DNA from: Zygnema circumcarinatum SAG 698-1b
Lineage: Eukaryota; Plantae; Zygnematophyceae
DNA: 64,000 nucleotides
Reading direction: 5' to 3'
Assembly (NCBI GenBank): GCA_037447605.1
Contig: CM074805.1
Span: 4,807,361-4,871,360, forward strand
This document shows, piece after piece, positions 32,712-53,318 of this stretch; within the stretch, counting starts at the first letter, position 1, and every line of letters begins with the position of its first letter. The translations under genes were made by a program, and so were the position numbers. Under the pieces are notes generated by a model. The model had not been told where the DNA came from. It saw nothing but the letters and a program-made list of their open reading frames with translations, and searched no databases.

Positions 32712-35700
32712 ATGAGGCGTTGGCTTGTCCTGGCGGCTACTGCATTCTGCTGCATTTCAGCAGCGGGTGTGAAGGTGGAGGGCAGAGGAAGTACTGAAGG
32801 TAAAGCTGCTTTAGGGTTTGCTTTCGTACTGCATTGGGGGGGCTACCTTTGGGATTCATTCACTTCCTTTGAATGTATGAGACGCAAGGAAGGAGCTTGC
32901 CTGCTTACGCTTGCTTCGAAGGTTCCTTTTCTCTGTGCTTAATGTTTTGCAGCTGAAAATGTCTGCTGGAATGGTCCGATAGAAGCATGGAAAAGTGTGG
33001 CTGGCGGACCCTCCTATGAAGGAGCAGAAAATGTGACAGGTGGAGCAGATTATAATATGCACATTTCAGGTGGGCGTCTCCTCGTGATTTGCATTCTTAA
33101 AAGTCTGTTTTTTTAGAAATGGTTTGTTGGTAAATAGAATTGTATTCATGTACAGCTCATAAATAAGTTCAGGGTTGAGGACTTAATCTAGGTCAAAAGG
33201 ATCGCTTTTGGGTGAGTGAGTCATCGCTTAGAGCTAACGAGTTAGTTTTAGAATGAATGGGCTCATGAATTGCCGTATTCAAGTTGTCAAGGTCATTTAC
33301 AGGTGCTGACGAATGTCTTTTTCCTGGTGGATTACTTCTGTATATATTTGTTAAAACAACAATTCAGGTCAGCAATGTTCAAGTTGCGTCGTCGGCATGA
33401 AATGCCAATTTGTTCTCAAGTTTTCCTCTAATGCTGTCTTCGACTATACGCTGACGGCGTACCCTGAACTAACAGTCCTCCTCTCAGGTGGGTCTCCCCT
33501 CCTCTCGCTCCTCACACTCTCTCTACCTTCGCCTGCCTCCCTCCCCTCTCTCCGTTCCTCTATTTGTTGCATTGTATGCGTAACTCTGCTCCGTTGGCGA
33601 GGACTTTTAACTGTTCGGAGCAGCATTTCCTGAACAGGCCCTGCATTGGTGCATGGAACCACTCAGAAAAGCCTGGAGGAAGCTTCCGGGTGGGAGTCCA
33701 TATACATAGTGAGCTACCAGACATGGGACGCAGGAAAATACATTCTCAATATAGACGCCGACTGCCCTAGGTGAGTGAGTCTCCGCGAATTCAAACGTAA
33801 TCCAAAACCTCTAATAAACCAAAATGAAATTTTATAGATCATAAGAGTCCACAACCCCAGAAGCCCTAAGAAGGGTGTGGAGACTTCTTCCTTGGCCTGC
33901 CAGGAAGGTTGGAAATCAGCCCTCTGTGCCGCTACGACTGGTCACACTGAAACTGAGGATCTATGCTAAATCACGGAGAGAGCAGCATGTGCCGACCCCC
34001 TGCTCGTTAGGGATCTACGGCCGCTGGATAGACGGCCGCAAAACTTTCACCAATAAGAGGAGGGCTGTCATGGAGGAGGAGAAAAGGAGGTCTCTAAGAG
34101 GAGGGCGGGCTCAACATACAAAGGACGGAATTCCGCCACCACCCAACCGGGAATATTTACATTTCGAGCCTTACCCCTGTACGGGGGCCCTGCAGCCGCT
34201 GGAGACATTCGCAGAAGCGATGCTAGATAAAAATATTCGAGAAATTTCTATTGTGGGAGATTCGCACCTGCGCAGCATTTTTGCACACTTGCAGACGCTT
34301 CTAATTGGTGAGACCCTTGTTCTCCTCCCCCCCCCCCCCCCCCCCCCCCNNNNNNNNNNCCCCCCCCCCCCCCCCCCCCCCGTTTTTTTTTTTTCCTTTC
34401 TTTGTAAAGGAGGTTGAGCCAACCTAACAACCCTAAAAACTGCAGGGAGTTTCAAAGGAGAGTACCATGGCAACACGGTGTGGTTCATAAAGCACAGCCA
34501 AACTGGAGAGACCCTTCGGATCAACTACTATTGGATGGAGGGGGTATACAAAGAAGGCGAGCACGGCTGCGTGCGGTTCCCTAAGGGAGACCCTGACTGG
34601 CCAATTTACAGCAACACATCCGACATCATAGTTTTCAGCGCGGCTGCATGGACATTTCGGGTACATTCTCGCATGTTCAAAGAATCTAAAGAACAACAAG
34701 CGTCGCTTTTGGGTTCTTCTTACCAAGTCCTGCCTGAAAGTTTCATCCAAATACGGTCGGTTGGTCGACTGGAGAGGGAGAGAGGGAGGGAGGGAGAGAG
34801 GGAGAGAGGGAGAGAGGGAGAGAGGGAGACTCTCACACGCGGTCTTACGGTTCCCTGTGAGTGGCAGTTCTGCAAAGACCCGATTGGATCGTATATGAAA
34901 AGGCTTCCCAGGTTCATGCAATGGAGCACTTCCCTCCCTCACAAAGCGACCGCACGCTTCTTTTGGCGAACTTCGCCTCCGTTTCCGACCAAAGCGTTCG
35001 GATGCGGCGGATTTGTCCGGCAGCGGCGGTCCTGCCACATGGAATGGGCCAACGATTTCGCAAAGTCAGTACATGCATGCATGCATGTATGCATGTATGG
35101 CATCACATGTGGATGCAGGCATCGCATTCTCATATGGCGTGCATGCTAGGCATCTCATATCGCATGTAGCATACAATGGTGGCAGAAGAAGGATGCGGAG
35201 TGGGGGGAGGAGAGGGAGCGAGTGGGGAGGGGAGGGAAGGAGCGAGGGGGAATAGTGGCCGAGAGATAGGGACGGGAAGAAAAGGGAGAGTGGACGGGGA
35301 GAGAGACGATGGAGAGCGGGGAGGGGGAGTGGAGTGGGAGAGTCGGGGAGAGTCGTGGGGAGAGAAAAGGAGTTGGAGAGGGAGTTGGGAGGGGGAAGGC
35401 GAGATACGGGCGAGGGAGAGGGGGCGTGAAGAGAAGAGCGAAGGGAGGGGAGAGAGAGAGAGAGGGGGGGTGGGAAAAGGGCCGAGAGAGGGAGAGGGAG
35501 AGGGGAAGGAGAGAGCATTCATTTCAGAATCCTTTGCCATTCTTCGGCCTACTTGCATTCTATGCATGTTTTTCCATCTAAAAAATAGGGAAAGGCCTCT
35601 CTCTCTCTCTCGCTCTCTCTCCGCATGTCCTGCAGGCTTCTTGCTCCGGATTTTGGTATCGAAATTTTGGATCTGTGGCCTATTGAAGCGCCCCGATACG

Positions 35701-35849
35701 GCGACACATGCTGGAGGGAGAAAACGGCGGCAGTTTGGGTGAAGGACACGCACTACTCGTGCATGTTCGCGAACAACACGAAAGTGTACGGAGAGGTGGG
35801 GGAGGCCGTGCTGCGCGTCTTTGTGCATGCGCTGCTGGCCAATCTATGA
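32712..35849 (+). CDS. Secreted or type-II membrane PC-esterase/SGNH-fold protein with an NXPE-like Ig-type N-terminal region
   Basis: Exons 32712-32799, 32953-33069, 33368-33487, 33638-33770, 33904-34307, 34446-34726, 34868-35064 and 35636-35849 give one frame. Hydrophobic N-terminus, GPALVHG...YIVSYQTWDAGKYIL, CSLGIYGRW, IVGDSHLRSIF (GDS), FFWRTSPP and DTHYSC (Asp-His). Confidence 0.8.
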
Positions 35850-36250
35850 CTGACACCTGGCATCGTACAATAGGGAATCGCAATTAGTTGGGGCTGTCTT
35901 TAGGAGTAGCAACTTTACTGTAAGCAAATAGCTGCAATTGTAGATGGGTTTTGGGCTCATGGGGGGAGGGGGGGACCAGTTCAAAGTCGATTAAAGGTTA
36001 AGGGTTAAAAGGTTCAATGGTTGGGTCGCCCGTTTTATTTATTCTAATTTATTCATTCTTTAAAACTTAGAACGGCGCTTTCGCATCCGCCCTTTCGTGC
36101 CTTTCGTGAGACCGAATGCCAAAATGTACCCCGATTCCTTTGTCACATCTGCTGACAGGAAAGTAGAAAATTAATTTGCAGGGTTAAGTGATTCATTTCT
36201 CACCTGGGAGCTGAAGAAACTGAACTGGAACTGGAATTGGTTTTGGGATA

Positions 36251-36372
36251 CCCTACTACCAATGGGTTTGAACTTTGAACAATTAAAGATTTTGGCTGTT
36301 AAAAAAAAAGAAAAACTATTCGGAATCGGTGTTCAAAAAAAAAACTGTTTCCACTTTAGGTTTCTGCTTCAA
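36251..36372. mobile_element. Partial inverted copy of element I
   Basis: TA|CCCTACTACCAATGGGTTTGAACTTTGAACAATTAAAGATTTTGGCTGTT is the reverse complement of about 32350-32482. Confidence 0.7.
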
Positions 36373-37797
36373 CCGTAGTTCAGATGCGAATCCAATCAAG
36401 CATGGAAAAGCGCTACATGTATAAGTACATGCTACACAGTTCCAGTTCCGTTACATATTTTCTTACGGAACAGCGTACTAAGCGGTGCGCATGGAAGTCC
36501 GATCACTTTGCCGTTCTCAGTAGTGTGAACAGTCCACGAGGGACGCACGTCCGAGCGCCACCTGGCAGGACGGCAGGATCCCACCTGGCAGGCTTCGTAC
36601 GGACCCACGGACATTTGTTTGTCGTCTTGTCAAGAGAAAGCGACAGAAACTTCTCGGGCAATCGGTTGGCGCGTGCAAATAACGTTTCTGATTGGCGGAT
36701 CGTTCGGTCGCTTTCTGGCATTGAATTTTGCAGTTAAGGTCAAAAAAGCTGCAATGATTGCAAAGGGTTATTTTGGACGGTCTAGATTACACGTGGAATT
36801 ATTTGGACGGTGAAGATTGCGCGGATGACCACGTGGCAGGCAACCGCTGGACTTTCGACGTCTCGAGAAAATTCCGGCGGCGGTGGTGATTGGTAGAGCG
36901 CCACTGGAAAATATTTTATCCCTGACCGAAGGGGACCTGGGTCAAGATCTCGGTCCTTAAAAAAAAACATCTCTTAAGCTGCCCGTCCTGGCCTGACCGA
37001 AATCCACCACTCACAGGCCGCCAAAGTAGGTCAAACTTCATTTCCAGCCACAACTATTTTTTCCGACCCAAACTTTTTACTGCCCACATAAAACGGACAG
37101 ATCAGCGCCACTAGTAAAAAAAAAAAAAAAACTCCTGTCTGACCGCCGCCGCCTCTCCGTGTCACGCCACGTTACAACCGTTACGCATCATGATGTCACG
37201 TCACGTGTAGGGACTCTAGAAAATTCCACGTGGCAGCCAATGGGCCGTCCCCCGCCCTATGGGACTGTAGCGACCGCCCCCGGTTGGACCCCCTACGGGC
37301 GCCACGGAGGATGTACGGACAATACGGACAATACGGACCTGTACACATAAGCGCCACGTGGAATGCCCCGCCGCGGACCCGCCACGGTGGACGTACAAAC
37401 AGTACGAATGGGTACGGTTTACGACTGAACGGAACGACAGAGAGTGGCATAGAGCGGCATAGAGCAGGGGGCGTACGGACGGGCGGCAGGTTTGGGCGGC
37501 GGTTCGGGCGGCCGCGAAAAACGCGGGGAGGGCATCCGCCGCGCGCGGATCGGCGCGTACTGCACGAGGCTCGGGCGCGGTCCGGTAGGGGCTGGCTGCC
37601 GGGCTGTAGTACTGGGAGGGAAGGAGAGAGGGAGTGAGGGAAAGAGGGAGTAGGGGAGGGTAGGGGAGGGTAGGCGGAGGGAGGGAGGGAGGGAGGGAGG
37701 GAGGGAGGGAGGGAGGTAGGGAAAGGGAGAGCAAGGGAGGGAGGGAAAAGGGAGAGGGAGGGAGCGGGGGAGACACAGAGAGGGAGAGCCAGAGAGG

Positions 37798-41263
<3,466 letters not shown>

Positions 41264-42404
41264 CGCATGTGTGTCGAGGTGAGTATGGTAGTTTTTTCGG
41301 AGGAGTGATGAGAAAGAGAAGTGAAGCAAGAGAGAGAGAGAGAGGGGGGGGGAGCGTGTGAGGGGAAGGAGAGAGCAGTTCGTATTGATTGATGACTGAA
41401 ATGACCGCAAGGCAAGGAGCAGGTTGAGTGATTAGTCATTCTGGTGATTGAGAACGGAAGCTTCGAGGACAGAACTTTTCAGCCCGGGCTGCCCTAAAAG
41501 AAAGAGGTCAACTGAGAGAGAGAGAGGGAGACAGACAGACAGACAAAGATAGAGCCAGAGAGAGAGAAAGAGAGAGACAGGGAGAGAGGGAGAGAGAGAA
41601 AGTGAGAGAACTCGTCTTGATGTATGATAAGGATGTGTGCGTCTTTTCCGGGGGGCATAGGAGAAGCAGCAGGAGCAGAGTATATATGTTAGGGAAGGAG
41701 AGAGCTAGATTCCTGTCTAGCCTTCTTCTAATAATGGAATGGTAATTTTTTTAGACCCTAAAATTTGACACAGAATCTCTGACCGGTTTTGGTTGTTTTT
41801 AACGAGGGGCCGATATGATTTGGTATGATGTTCTGCTCTGATGGTTTCCTCATCGCCTCAAAATTATATTTTGGATCAGAGATTTGTTTGTTGCTTCGCT
41901 CAGGGAGGACTATTCTCTGTAAATATATTTTCTCGTTTCTCCGTGTGATGCGTTGTATTTCTCAGTTCCAATTCCTGTTGTAGTTTCAACGGCAGCGTCA
42001 TGGATTTCCTTTTCTTTTTTTGATCACTTTCTTTCTCTTGTGTGCATTGTTCAACAGCAATTTAACCGCACACTTGTAAAGAATTTATTTGCCCCTCAGA
42101 AGTTAAAGAAAAAAGTACAAATAAATACCAAAAAAAAAATGAAGTATGCGGAAGCACTTTTGAGGACAACTCTCAACCAATGGCGCGCTGCCATGTGGCA
42201 TGTCATGTTTGCCTGCTATTGAACAATCACAAAACATGTGCTGACTAGCCCAAAATTGACAGCCCCCTTCCCCCCAGCTCTCCCCTCTCTCCCTCTCTCT
42301 CCCTGCCTCCCTCTCCATCTCTCACCCCCTCTCTCTCCTGGACACTTTTTCCAGGATTTTTTTTTTCATTATTTCCCTCAGCGTTATCATAAATCACGGT
42401 CACG

Positions 42405-44776
<2,372 letters not shown>

Positions 44777-45826
44777 GGAAACTGCGCTTATAGGGCTAAT
44801 TAATTAATTAATTAAAAATCTCAAGTAGAATTAAAGTTCCTAAAACCCCTTTAACGAAGAAAACCAAAATTGGGTTTGCTACAAATTAAGGTTTTTCCTT
44901 CAATTCAGGGATCGCTCACTTTTATAAAGAATAGGGTTTGGTTAAAGATTAGGGTTTCAGAGGGCTTCTTCTAGTTGAGCAAGGAGCCGCTCGTTCCATG
45001 TCCAGATAGTTTGCCTGGAAACTGGGCAGCGGCGCTGTTGCGATTGCCAGTAAAAAAAATCACAAAACTGACCGTTCGACGGGCTTCTACAATTAGTTGT
45101 CTCCATGCTCCCACCTGGAAGCCTTCCTTCCGTACATCGTATCTAACCGTACAGAATTTTCAAATATAGATCCTACAAAGATTCGTAGAATCTTAAGGAA
45201 TCTACAAGAACCTGATAGATATGATGGATAGCGTTCGTCGTACATAGAAAGGCGTTTACTAAACGACAAAAATGCTCCACGATTCGCGCTATGATTCGGC
45301 TGGTCAATCCGCAAGTCCTTTGTCCGTATCCTAATGACAAATAGACCCTGCGGCGGGACCCTCGTGTGAGTTAATACCAAACCGACAACCATCGATTTGT
45401 CCCTAATCGAACGGCTGAAAATCTGCCACGTCATTCATCGAGATAATTTTGTCGCGTTCCGGTCCTGGACGACGCGCCCCATTTATTCCGGGCTTCGACC
45501 CACTACCTCTCCCACTCTCGCCCTCCCTTTCTCCCGTTCTCCCGTTCTCCCGTTCTCCCGTTCTCCCGTTCTCCCTCCCTCTCGTATTCTGCCCCACTTT
45601 CTCTCCTCTCTCTCTCCCTCCCTCTCTCCCTCTCTCCCTCCCTCTCGTATTCTCTGCCCCACTTCTCTCCTCTCTCTTTCTCCCTCTCTCTCTCTCTCCC
45701 TCCCTCTCTTACTCTCTGCCCCAGTTCTCTCCTCTCTCTCTTTCTCCCTCTCCTCTCGCTCTCCCTCCCTCTCTCCCTCTATCACACTCCCTGTCTCGCC
45801 CTCCCTCTGCCCCCTCGCTCGCAGCC

Positions 45827-46928
<1,102 letters not shown>

Positions 46929-47605
46929 CCCAGCCATAGACATCTGTATATAATTCAATATTTATTTTAAAAAAAAGGTGAAAGAAAAGAAAAGCAAAGA
47001 AAAGAAAAGATTCGACACCAATCAGAAAGTGTTTCTTTCTTTCTAAGAACGAATTTTATCGACTTTTCCTTTCATTCTATTCATACTATATGTTCGTTTT
47101 TGTGGAGATTTTAGACAGTTTTAGTCAGTTCAGAGGAAATGGGCTGGGCTTCACTTGTGAGCTTTTCTTAAATTTGGGAACCGCGCATGCCGGTACTGCA
47201 GACGTGCTCAAAACGTCTGAAAGGATAAAATTTTGCTTAAGAACATGAAACGGATGCTAGAATAAATAGGAAACCACATTCTCTTGTCGTCTTTCGACTG
47301 TTTGCAAAACTTGAAAACTGGAAAACTTTGTATGAATTATGACGATTGAATAGGGCACAAAAGGCTTTGAGTTTGGAACAAAAGGAAGTGTTCTGCTGCC
47401 GCGATTTAATTCAGCCTCCGTTTATTCACTTCAGACGAGCCACTTCACCCCCCACCCCCTTCCCAAAAGAAGGAAAGGACGCAAGAAATGGACCCAAAGA
47501 ATTAACAATAAAAGGCCGTGAATTGCTGACTTCCATCCTCCCTCCCTCTCTCTCCCTACCTCCCTCCCTCCCTTCTTCCTCCTCCCTCCCTGAGTTGGGA
47601 GTCAG

Positions 47606-50600
47606 TCATATTAAAGCCTGAACGCCCAGCTGCTGCATCTCCCTCAGCCTCCACTGCGGCCCCCCCTCCGCCTCCTCCTCCTCCTCCGGAGAGCTCTGCT
47701 GAACCGCCCACGCGTAGTACACCGTCATTATGTCGTCCTGCAAAACAACAACAGAACCACACATAGAACGGGGGAGTGAGCGAGGAAGGGAGGGCGAGGG
47801 AGAGGAGAGGGAGGGAGAGGAGAGGGAGAGGAGAGGGAGAGGGAGAGGAGAGGAGAGGGAGGAGGAGAGGAGAGGAGAGGAGAGGAGAGGAGAGAGGGAG
47901 AGGGAGAGGGAGAGGGAGAGGGAGAGGGAGAGGGAGGGAGAGGGAGAGGGAGAGGGAGAGGGAGAGAGGAAGAGGGAGAGGGAGAGGGAGAGGGAGAGGG
48001 AGAGGGAGAGGGAGAGGGAGAGGGAGAGGGAGAGGGAGAGGGAGAGGGAGAGGGAGAGGGAGAGGGAGAGGGAGAGGAGAGGGAGAGGGAGAGGAGAGGG
48101 AGAGGGAGAGGGAGAGGGAGAGGGAGAGGGAGAGGAGAGGGAGAGGAGAGGGAGAGGGAGAGGGAGAGTGGAGAGGAGAGGGAGGGAGAGGAGAGGGAGG
48201 GAGGGAGGAAAGGGAGAGGGAGAGCGGGAGAAAGAGGAGGGAGAGGGGAACGTGGGTGTGAGAGAGGTAGAGGGAGAGAGGGAGGGGGAGAGGGGAGATG
48301 GGGAAGGGGGGAAGTGGGGGAGTGGGAGTGTGGGAGGAGGAGAGGAGGGTGGGGAAAGAGGAGAGGAGGGTGGGGAAAGAGGAGAGGAGGAGAGGGGAGA
48401 GGGGAAGTGGGAGACGCTGACCTTCCCGCCCTCGATAATCTTCCCCTGCCGATCGCTAATCCAGTGAACTTGTTGAGTTTGGAACTGCGACCCAACATAG
48501 AGCGGCAGCAAGGAAACTCTCCCACATTCATCAGTCCCCTCCCGTCATGGGCAGATAGTTTTCAAAGCATACAACTGTCCCTTTTTAAACCAAAAAAGGT
48601 AGGCGGAGCTCACTCACCCCCACAATAATGATCGGATCGTTTTGCAGCAATTTCGTCTCTCTCACCTCGATGTCAGAGATATGCAGCACCTGCAGGAGGG
48701 AAAGAGAGAGAGAGAGAGTGAGAGAGGGAGAAGAGAGAAGATGGGGCCCAATTTCAGACGAAGATTCAAACTTCACTTGAAAATGTTGGACTTTTAATAG
48801 GGAAAAAAATTGAAATCCGGACCTTATCTTCAGCAGTGAGGCCCTGCACATGGAGGGCCCTCCTCTCCGCCTGACAGCGTTCAACCACCTCTTTGCGACA
48901 TTTTTTAAGCAGAAATGCGAGGTCTCCCTGCCCATACCATCATTCAAATAAATAAATAAATCAATAAGTTTCAAGTATTAAACATCGCGCAAAGAGCCCT
49001 TACAACATGCTCCCCNNNNNNNNNNCCCCCCCCCCCCCCCCCCCCCCTAAGAAAAAAAAAAGTGAAAGGGTAAGCATCTAGCTAGTCTCCCTACCCCCCC
49101 ACCCCCCTCATTATTGTAACAAGGAGGAGGAAAAAAGACCACTTACTATATACAAGGGCAGTTATGAAATCAAAAGAGCTTTTAGTCTCGTTTTGAATTT
49201 TCTCGAAAGCGTAAAAAATTGAGGGATGTGGAAAGTGTTCTGATAGGCTAGGATGATTTTTACGGTCAGAAGAAAAAAGCACCTGCAAATACGCGAGCAG
49301 CACGGGGCGCACGTCTTCCTGAATTTCTTGAATGAACCCGGTCAGCGTGAAATTGCTGCAGGTCAGGTCAAGAAATAAAGTAAAAAGTGTGACGCTCAAA
49401 GTCAGATATTTCACTTCACCTAGCAAGAAAAAACAGGGATCTGAACCAGGGCGCATCTCGAATGAGGGTAAGGGAAACAGGGAAATAGAAAGGAGGAACA
49501 GGGGAGAGAGGGAGGGAGAGAGAGAGAGAGAAAGAAAGAGGGAGAGAGGGAGAGAGGAGAAGAAAAGGGAGGGGAGGGGGGGAGGCAGGGGAGAACGAAA
49601 GGGGAGAGAGGAGGGAGAGGAGGGGGGGAGGGAGGGGACGGAGAGGGGGGAGAGTGTGAGAGAGAGGGAGAGATTCAGGATGGAAAATGTGTTCAAAGTC
49701 AACCAACTCACGGATCTCGTCTCCGAATTTCACGCATAGCCGCAGCCGTTGCTGTTTCGCCAAAAATTGACTCGTTCAAGCTGCACGGATTCAGCGCATT
49801 TCTGTAAAATGTTGCTAAATCTGAAAGCTAACTTCTGAGCGAACTCACGAAGCACAAAACCAATTTTGCCCCTTTTTTTAGGCAGGCACAAGAGAAAGAA
49901 AGATTCAATGTCATTCCCAAAAGTAATTTCTTTTCAAGGCCCCTTTTTTAATTCTCACTCACTCTTGTATTCGGTGTACGACGGCGCTGTCACTTGTCTC
50001 CCAGCGATCGCGAATGTCCTCCGCCATCTGAAAATGGATTAAATATGATTAAATTCAATAAGATTTCAATAAAATCTCAATAGCATTATTACCTGGAGGT
50101 TCAAGATTCTCCAAGAATCAGGCTACTTACGATTTTTGAACTTACAGTGGAAATTGAAAGTCGTATTTTAGTTCATTTTTACGCTTGCTAGGAAGCGGAT
50201 AGGAGATGCATTTTGTTGCAGTTGGATTTCTGACTCCCACCTTGAACCATAAACCTAACCCTTTTCAGAAAAAAAAAAAAAATCAACTCCTCACCTCTTG
50301 ACTCTTTGTAATAACCGGCTCTCCCATTTTTTGAAGTCGCATATAGATCGGATGCTTTCGCGCCTGACCCCAAGAAAAAACAAACAAATAAATAAATGAA
50401 TAAATATCTATCAGATAATGTCTGCATCCTCTTCAATAGGAAAACCACAAAGGCAAAAATAAAGCAAAAAAAAAAGCAGGGGGGGAAGGGGGGGGGGGGG
50501 GGGGAGAAGAAATGTCAAAAACTTTCTTGTCCGTTTCCGAGCTCACCTTCTCCTTCAACTCTTCCCATCTCTTTTCCCATCCACTCTTTTTTTTCGGGCT

Positions 50601-52751
50601 CGAAATCACTACCGCTGTCACGTCACGCCTCGCTTCCATATGCTCATATTTTTCTCCTTCCTTGTGTCGCAATCTTCCTCTCGGACTCGAATTCGACAAC
50701 TCTTCTCTCACAAATTGGTATCCCTATTCAATAATCCCACAACATCGAAGAACCAGATTAAAAAGAATAATAATACATAGTCGACATATAAACTTGTACT
50801 TTTAATTTTTTTTTGAATTTGCGAATTTTTCCGGTCTGACAAGTTACCTTATTCACGGCATCGATCGCTCGAGCTTGCCGTAGAGTGCTCAATCCTTCAT
50901 TAAGTTTTTTTGCTGCGGAAGTCCAAACTTGCCTCACTGTATCCAAAACTGACTCGTTCGAACTTTTTCGACTCGCGTTTTCTGAACTTGACTCGCTTTT
51001 TCCTTCCTCGGAGGCCCCACCACCTCCGTCCCTTTTCGAGTCCGCCCCTTCCTCCGTCCTACGTGGCGCCGCGCCATTGGCCGATTCTGAAGCGGAACTT
51101 CGCTCAGCCGACTGAGCCTGGAACTGAGAACTGGATTTCTGCTCATGGAACTGCGGTCGGAGGCTCTCAACCGTCTCCTTCACCTGCAAGGAGGAGTCAC
51201 ATGTGTTCGCAGTTTGAGTTTTTGAATGGAGCAGCATTCATCATATACTGGGAGTTCGAAGGAGGCAAGAATGCAAATAGATGTAAATAATGTAAAGCAA
51301 TATGACTTGTCCTGAGTTTTCCACTGACCTGATCCGTCGCTGCTGAAACCTTCTCCTTCACTGCTGACGACACCTGCAGCATGGAAGACGACAAAACTAA
51401 AATCAGGAAGGGAGGGACGGGGAGAGACCGAGAGAAAGTGAGTGGGCGAAAGGAGAGGGAGATAACTCAAATGACGAGACAACGAGAGCGAGAGAAAGTA
51501 AGAGAGAGAGAGAGAGAAAGGGGGGAAAAGAGGGGGGAGGAGAGGGAGAGAGAGGAGGTGAGGGAAAGGAGGCATCTCACTTGTCTTGCTGTGGCTTCCG
51601 CCTCCTCCCGAGCCCCATCAACTTTCTTTTTAAAAGACATAGTTGCTGCTTTAGTTCTGTGAAGGTTGAAACATGCACATTCAGTTCTTCAGTTCCAATT
51701 TCAACTTCACCTCAATTGTTAACTGTGCTTACATGGAGAAGTCAAGCCGAAGTTCGAGTAAAGTCTACGAGGTCAATTTTCTTCCAATTAAGGCGTGGAA
51801 TCATCAGTAGAATGAATTATAATTGACTTTGTTTGAATAAAATAAGATCTCTAAGAGGCTAGCTTTCAATAGCTATACAAAAGCATGCACTTATTCAATG
51901 CATACATTCCTTAAATTGTACGACATACATTTCATAACCCAAAAATGTTTCATAAAGAAAGAGCCGCCTCTCACCGGTCGGCAAAAGTTCCCGCCTTTTG
52001 CTTTAATTCTTCGATTGATTTTTTTAACTCCGGATTGCTGCGTCAGCAAAAGTGAATTGAATTCTCTGTCAGGAACAATGCTTTCTTCTTTATAAATGTA
52101 AGCTGGAAAAAAATGTGGAGTTAACGGACACATGGGCATGAACATGGAGGGAATTATGAAAATGAAACAAGAATCCACTTTCTAATGAAAATGCGATGAA
52201 GACGGCGTAAACGCATGCGGGAAACCTTTCAATTTCGCCTTTAATTTGCGATTTGATGGTCTGGATGATACCGTACTGCCGCACCCCCACTCTGCCCTGC
52301 AGCAGCCCCACAAAGGCAAAAAGGAAAAAAAAAAGCTATAACAAGAGAGGTTGCCTGTTAACGAGAGACCCTGAAAGGCTTTGGGTTTGGGTTTTAGGGC
52401 TTTCAGGGATTTTTGGGCTTTTTGAGGTTTGAGGGCTTTTTTGTTCCTTGTTACGCAATCGATGTGAGGTGGTTTCAAGGCAGTGAGTGGGAAGGAGAGA
52501 GAGAGACGCGGAGAGAGGGAAGGGGAGAGAGTTGGGAGGAGAGGGAGAGAGGGAACGAGGAGGGAGAGAGAGGGAGCTACCTGATTGAAGGGAGGGAGGG
52601 ATTCCACCCTCTTCCTCCCAACCATGGCGGCAGAGCTCCTCATGCGGTCGCCATGGCTCGAAGAAGACGCCACGCGGAGGCGGAGAACGCGGCCTGCGCG
52701 CCACGTGGACAGGGCGGAGAGAGCAGCGTCTCTTCCGAGCTTGGAAGCCAT
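47606..52751 (-). CDS. TIM44: Mitochondrial import inner-membrane translocase subunit TIM44
   Basis: Minus-strand exons give MASKLGRD..., SNPELKKSIEELKQKA, VSSAVKEKVSAATDQV, SGWEKRWEELKEK, HPIYMRL..EPVITKSQE, AEDIRDRWETSD..VVHRIQ, EIRRRDPSNFTL..F..EIQE.VRPVL.AY, CRKEVVERCQAER, VLHISDIEVRETK, FQTQQV, VYYAWAVQQ and WRLREMQQLGVQALI*, collinear with plant TIM44. Confidence 0.94.
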
Positions 52752-53318
52752 GGCGGACAGCTGTTGCGAACCCTAATTTTGCTGCAGCAGGGAAGAGAGA
52801 GAGGAAGAGGGGGCGAGAGAGGGAGAGAGGAGAGGTAGAAGGGAGAGACGGAAAGGGAGAGACAGGAAGGGAGACAGAAGGAAAGGAGGGAAGGGGAGAG
52901 TGTGAAGGGGAGAGAGGGAAAGGGGTGGGGAGGAGCTGGGAGAAACCGGAGAGGGAGAGGGGACGGAGGAGACATTCCATGTACAGTTCCGTTAAAGCGT
53001 CACGATATGTACGGAAATGGAAGCTTCTTGTACGTCAACGTACACTTCGTACATTTCGTGTCGTACAGTTTCTGTACGGTCGGATCTCCCCTTTCTCCCT
53101 TGGTTTCGAAACAGCCCTCTTCTTCTCCCAAACCTCTCTCCTTCCTCCCTTCGCCCTTTCTCTCTGTCCCTGTCCCACTGTCCCTGTCCTGCTCTCTCTC
53201 TCTCCCTCTCTCTCTCTCCCCTTCCCATAACTCATCTCCCTTTCTCTATTTATATCCTCCTCCTCCTGCTGCTGCTGCTGCTGCTAGTATTTCTCGTCTT
53301 CCTGCCATTTTTGCAGCC

